From the NCBI RefSeq assembly GCF_046267985.1, contig NZ_CP176530.1, positions 478,881 through 502,880 of the forward strand: DNA of 24,000 nt, read 5' to 3'. Under the pieces are notes generated by a model that saw only the letters and a list, made by a program, of their open reading frames with translations, was not told where the DNA came from and did not search any database. The number at the start of each line of letters is the position of its first letter. Position 1 is the first letter of the stretch. The DNA comes from Pseudobdellovibrio sp. HCB154. GTDB lineage: Bacteria > Bdellovibrionota > Bdellovibrionia > Bdellovibrionales > Bdellovibrionaceae. Positions 22,344 through 24,000 of the stretch are shown here, in pieces. The position numbers were made by a program, and so were the translations under genes.

Positions 22344-22922
22344 ATGAAATCAAAAGTCAGTTCACACAATGGCCAGCAGAAATTTCCACAAACACATGTG
22401 CATAGTCTGTTAAATGATAATTTATTAGTGTGCATTCGTTTATGGAGCGGCCCTGAAGTAGAACAAAAAGCAGTTGATGAAATTCTACGTTACCTTTCAG
22501 CGGCTGATGCGGATCTGGAAGTTACAACGCCGTTTGATTATATCGAAAGTTTATCGTCGCTTGCAAATAAAGTGCGCGTCGCTTTATTACTGGCCAATGA
22601 AGCTTTATACATTGATAACAAAGAAAAATATTCGCAAGGTTTTGAAATTGCAATTTGTTATAAACACAATAAAGAAATCAGCTTAGGTTCGGTGGGGCGC
22701 TTTGCTTTTACAGCAGAAAAGAAAGACAAAAAGTTTTTAATGTTTGAATCAGGTGGCTTTTTAGATGATTTAGTGCTGCTTCCGACAGATCTTTTAGGCA
22801 TTGAACGTGAAGTTGATATTAAGTGCACGTCTGTTTCAACGCGCGATTTATCTTCAATTCAGATTAGTTCTAAGTTTGACCAAAATACATATTGGTCAAC
22901 AACTGTTAGTCAGTTTGACTAG
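22344..22922 (+). CDS. Hypothetical cytoplasmic protein, possibly a degenerate PP2C-like fold (pseudo-phosphatase)
   Basis: 192-aa ORF that starts 2 nt after the upstream stop, with no TM segment. By eye its segments parallel PP2C motifs with the catalytic Asp residues replaced: LLVCIRLWSGPEVEQKAV vs llavaDGmGGh..GevAS, GFEIAICYKHNKEISLGSVGRFAF vs GtTl.a.l..g..l..a.vGDSRay, and LSSIQISSKF vs llLcSDGL. The CDS call is solid and the fold call is speculative. Confidence 0.65.
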   Translation: MKSKVSSHNGQQKFPQTHVHSLLNDNLLVCIRLWSGPEVEQKAVDEILRYLSAADADLEVTTPFDYIESLSSLANKVRVALLLANEALYIDNKEKYSQGFEIAICYKHNKEISLGSVGRFAFTAEKKDKKFLMFESGGFLDDLVLLPTDLLGIEREVDIKCTSVSTRDLSSIQISSKFDQNTYWSTTVSQFD

Positions 22923-22941
22923 TAGGCCTTTTAAAAGAAAA

Positions 22942-24000
22942 TTATTGCACGAAATTAGGGTCAACGAAGATCAGCGGGTGATACCAGGTTTTATTTTGCT
23001 CATGCAGGCCCCAGATATTTTCCATCGCTAAATTCCAATTAGCGATTTTGATTTCTTCAAAATATTTTTTACGATTTAATTCGTAAGCCAGTTTAGTTTT
23101 TTCAGTATTTAAATCAAACTGCGGAGCATGTTTATATTTTAAATAATCAACGAACAGGCTATCGTGACAAGATTTAAGCTGCGAAATCACCACAGGTGGT
23201 TTGCTAATAAGATTTAGACAACCACTGTAAGCCATATCAAGCTTTATTAAATCCATTTTTTCAATCTGTTTGGCTTTTAATTGCTGGTTTAGCCAGTACA
23301 AATAAAGCGGGTGAGTTTCAGCAATTTTTACAGAAAAGAAATCGGCTGCGGGTAAAGTATTTTTTAAATAGTCTTTGGCCAAAGTCATCCCGTTATCGCC
23401 AGGTTGGGTAATACTTGTCACAAACAAACGGCGCGGGCTTGGAATATCTTGTTCGCTATTTGTTTTGTACAGGTTGACCACTTCAAATTTATCAGTGGCT
23501 AAGCTAAAAACTTCAGTTTCTTCTTTGCGATCAATAATCAGTAAAGTTGGTGTGATGACAGCAAAATTTAATTGCAGCGGTTTTTTAATCCAAGTGTTGG
23601 CGGCTTCAACCAAAAGATAACGGGGATTTGTTTTACTGTCTGCCGAAGCTTCGCTGTAAAACGGTGTTAAATTTAACAGCGGAAAACCTTCTAAAGCCGA
23701 CGGTTCGTCAGCGCCAAAAAAGCTTTTTAAGGTATGCCCGATATCCGCTAAAGAGATGGGGGTATCGTTCTTCCAAGAAATACCCTCATCGCCTGACATG
23801 CGAGGCGGCTTAATTAACAGAGAAACTAACGTGTTTTCAGAGTGAAGATTTAAAAAAGGTGTTTCGTTTAAGCGATTATAGTTGTTGCCACCACGAAGAC
23901 CCACCACATACACATAGGTTTTATCCCAGATGCCACGGTGTTTTAATTCGCTGATAAAATTAAAAAGTTTTTCGTCTAATTTTTCGATATTTGTTGTCGA
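22942..24000 (-). CDS. Hypothetical protein, 5' end outside the window; possibly alkaline-phosphatase/sulfatase superfamily C-terminal region
   Basis: The track starts it at GTG 23913, but the frame stays open to the window edge (STTNIEKLDEKLFNFISELKHRGIWDKTYVYVVGLRGG...). That upstream segment resembles the l..ll..L...G..dnTlvv..gDHG stretch of AP-superfamily enzymes, here with GLRGG in place of DHG. Confidence is for the CDS. The family assignment is weak. Confidence 0.6.
   Translation of the reverse strand, partial: STTNIEKLDEKLFNFISELKHRGIWDKTYVYVVGLRGGNNYNRLNETPFLNLHSENTLVSLLIKPPRMSGDEGISWKNDTPISLADIGHTLKSFFGADEPSALEGFPLLNLTPFYSEASADSKTNPRYLLVEAANTWIKKPLQLNFAVITPTLLIIDRKEETEVFSLATDKFEVVNLYKTNSEQDIPSPRRLFVTSITQPGDNGMTLAKDYLKNTLPAADFFSVKIAETHPLYLYWLNQQLKAKQIEKMDLIKLDMAYSGCLNLISKPPVVISQLKSCHDSLFVDYLKYKHAPQFDLNTEKTKLAYELNRKKYFEEIKIANWNLAMENIWGLHEQNKTWYHPLIFVDPNFVQ

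Noticed and set aside
22928-22937. Palindrome CTTTTAAAAG in the 19-bp gap between convergent genes (22922 and 22942) as a terminator
   Set aside because: It is entirely AT except for the terminal pair and too weak to form a stable stem. Termination of both convergent units probably occurs inside the opposing gene or is Rho-dependent.
1-24000. Search for CRISPR repeats, IS or transposon ends, integrases, tRNA-flanked island borders, toxin-antitoxin or restriction-type defence genes
   Set aside because: I could find no direct-repeat arrays, terminal inverted repeats flanking genes, recombinase or transposase motifs, or nuclease/helicase/methylase defence signatures. Apart from the GC-richer P/Q-linker segments noted above, composition looks uniform. 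The window reads as core chromosome, not a mobile or defence island.

Overview
This is a gene-dense, AT-leaning bacterial chromosomal segment. I see no rRNA or tRNA genes, CRISPR array, transposase, integrase or phage genes. Several features suggest a Bdellovibrio-like predatory bacterium: DivIVA sits beside proC and a Maf-YggS fusion in an otherwise diderm context, there is an OMP-like barrel, many proteins of unknown function carry signal peptides, and a secreted S1/P1 nuclease is present. That taxonomic call is inference only. Left to right the window holds: a partial S1/P1 nuclease (-); trmO plus a coupled unknown; a 2OG-Fe(II) oxygenase; three exported proteins of unknown function, one with an NlpC/P60-like Cys/His pattern; a perfect bidirectional terminator; an MFS-rhodanese-valS operon (-); an OMP-like protein with a disordered polybasic tail; a small-ORF island; a divIVA-proC-maf/yggS division-type cluster (-); and a partial alkaline-phosphatase-superfamily-like gene (-). 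The most interesting part is 16068-22922. It is a six-gene, translationally coupled operon encoding an orphan TadB/TadC-type (T2SS-F) platform protein, a DUF192 protein, three membrane-anchored FHA proteins carrying four FHA domains in total, and a small protein that looks by eye like a PP2C fold without catalytic aspartates. No kinase, ATPase, pilin or secretin lies in the window. It is transcribed divergently, across only 31 bp, from the division cluster. I propose it as a candidate uncharacterised phosphothreonine-reader envelope module. All domain calls come from reading motifs in the supplied translations, and no searches were run.
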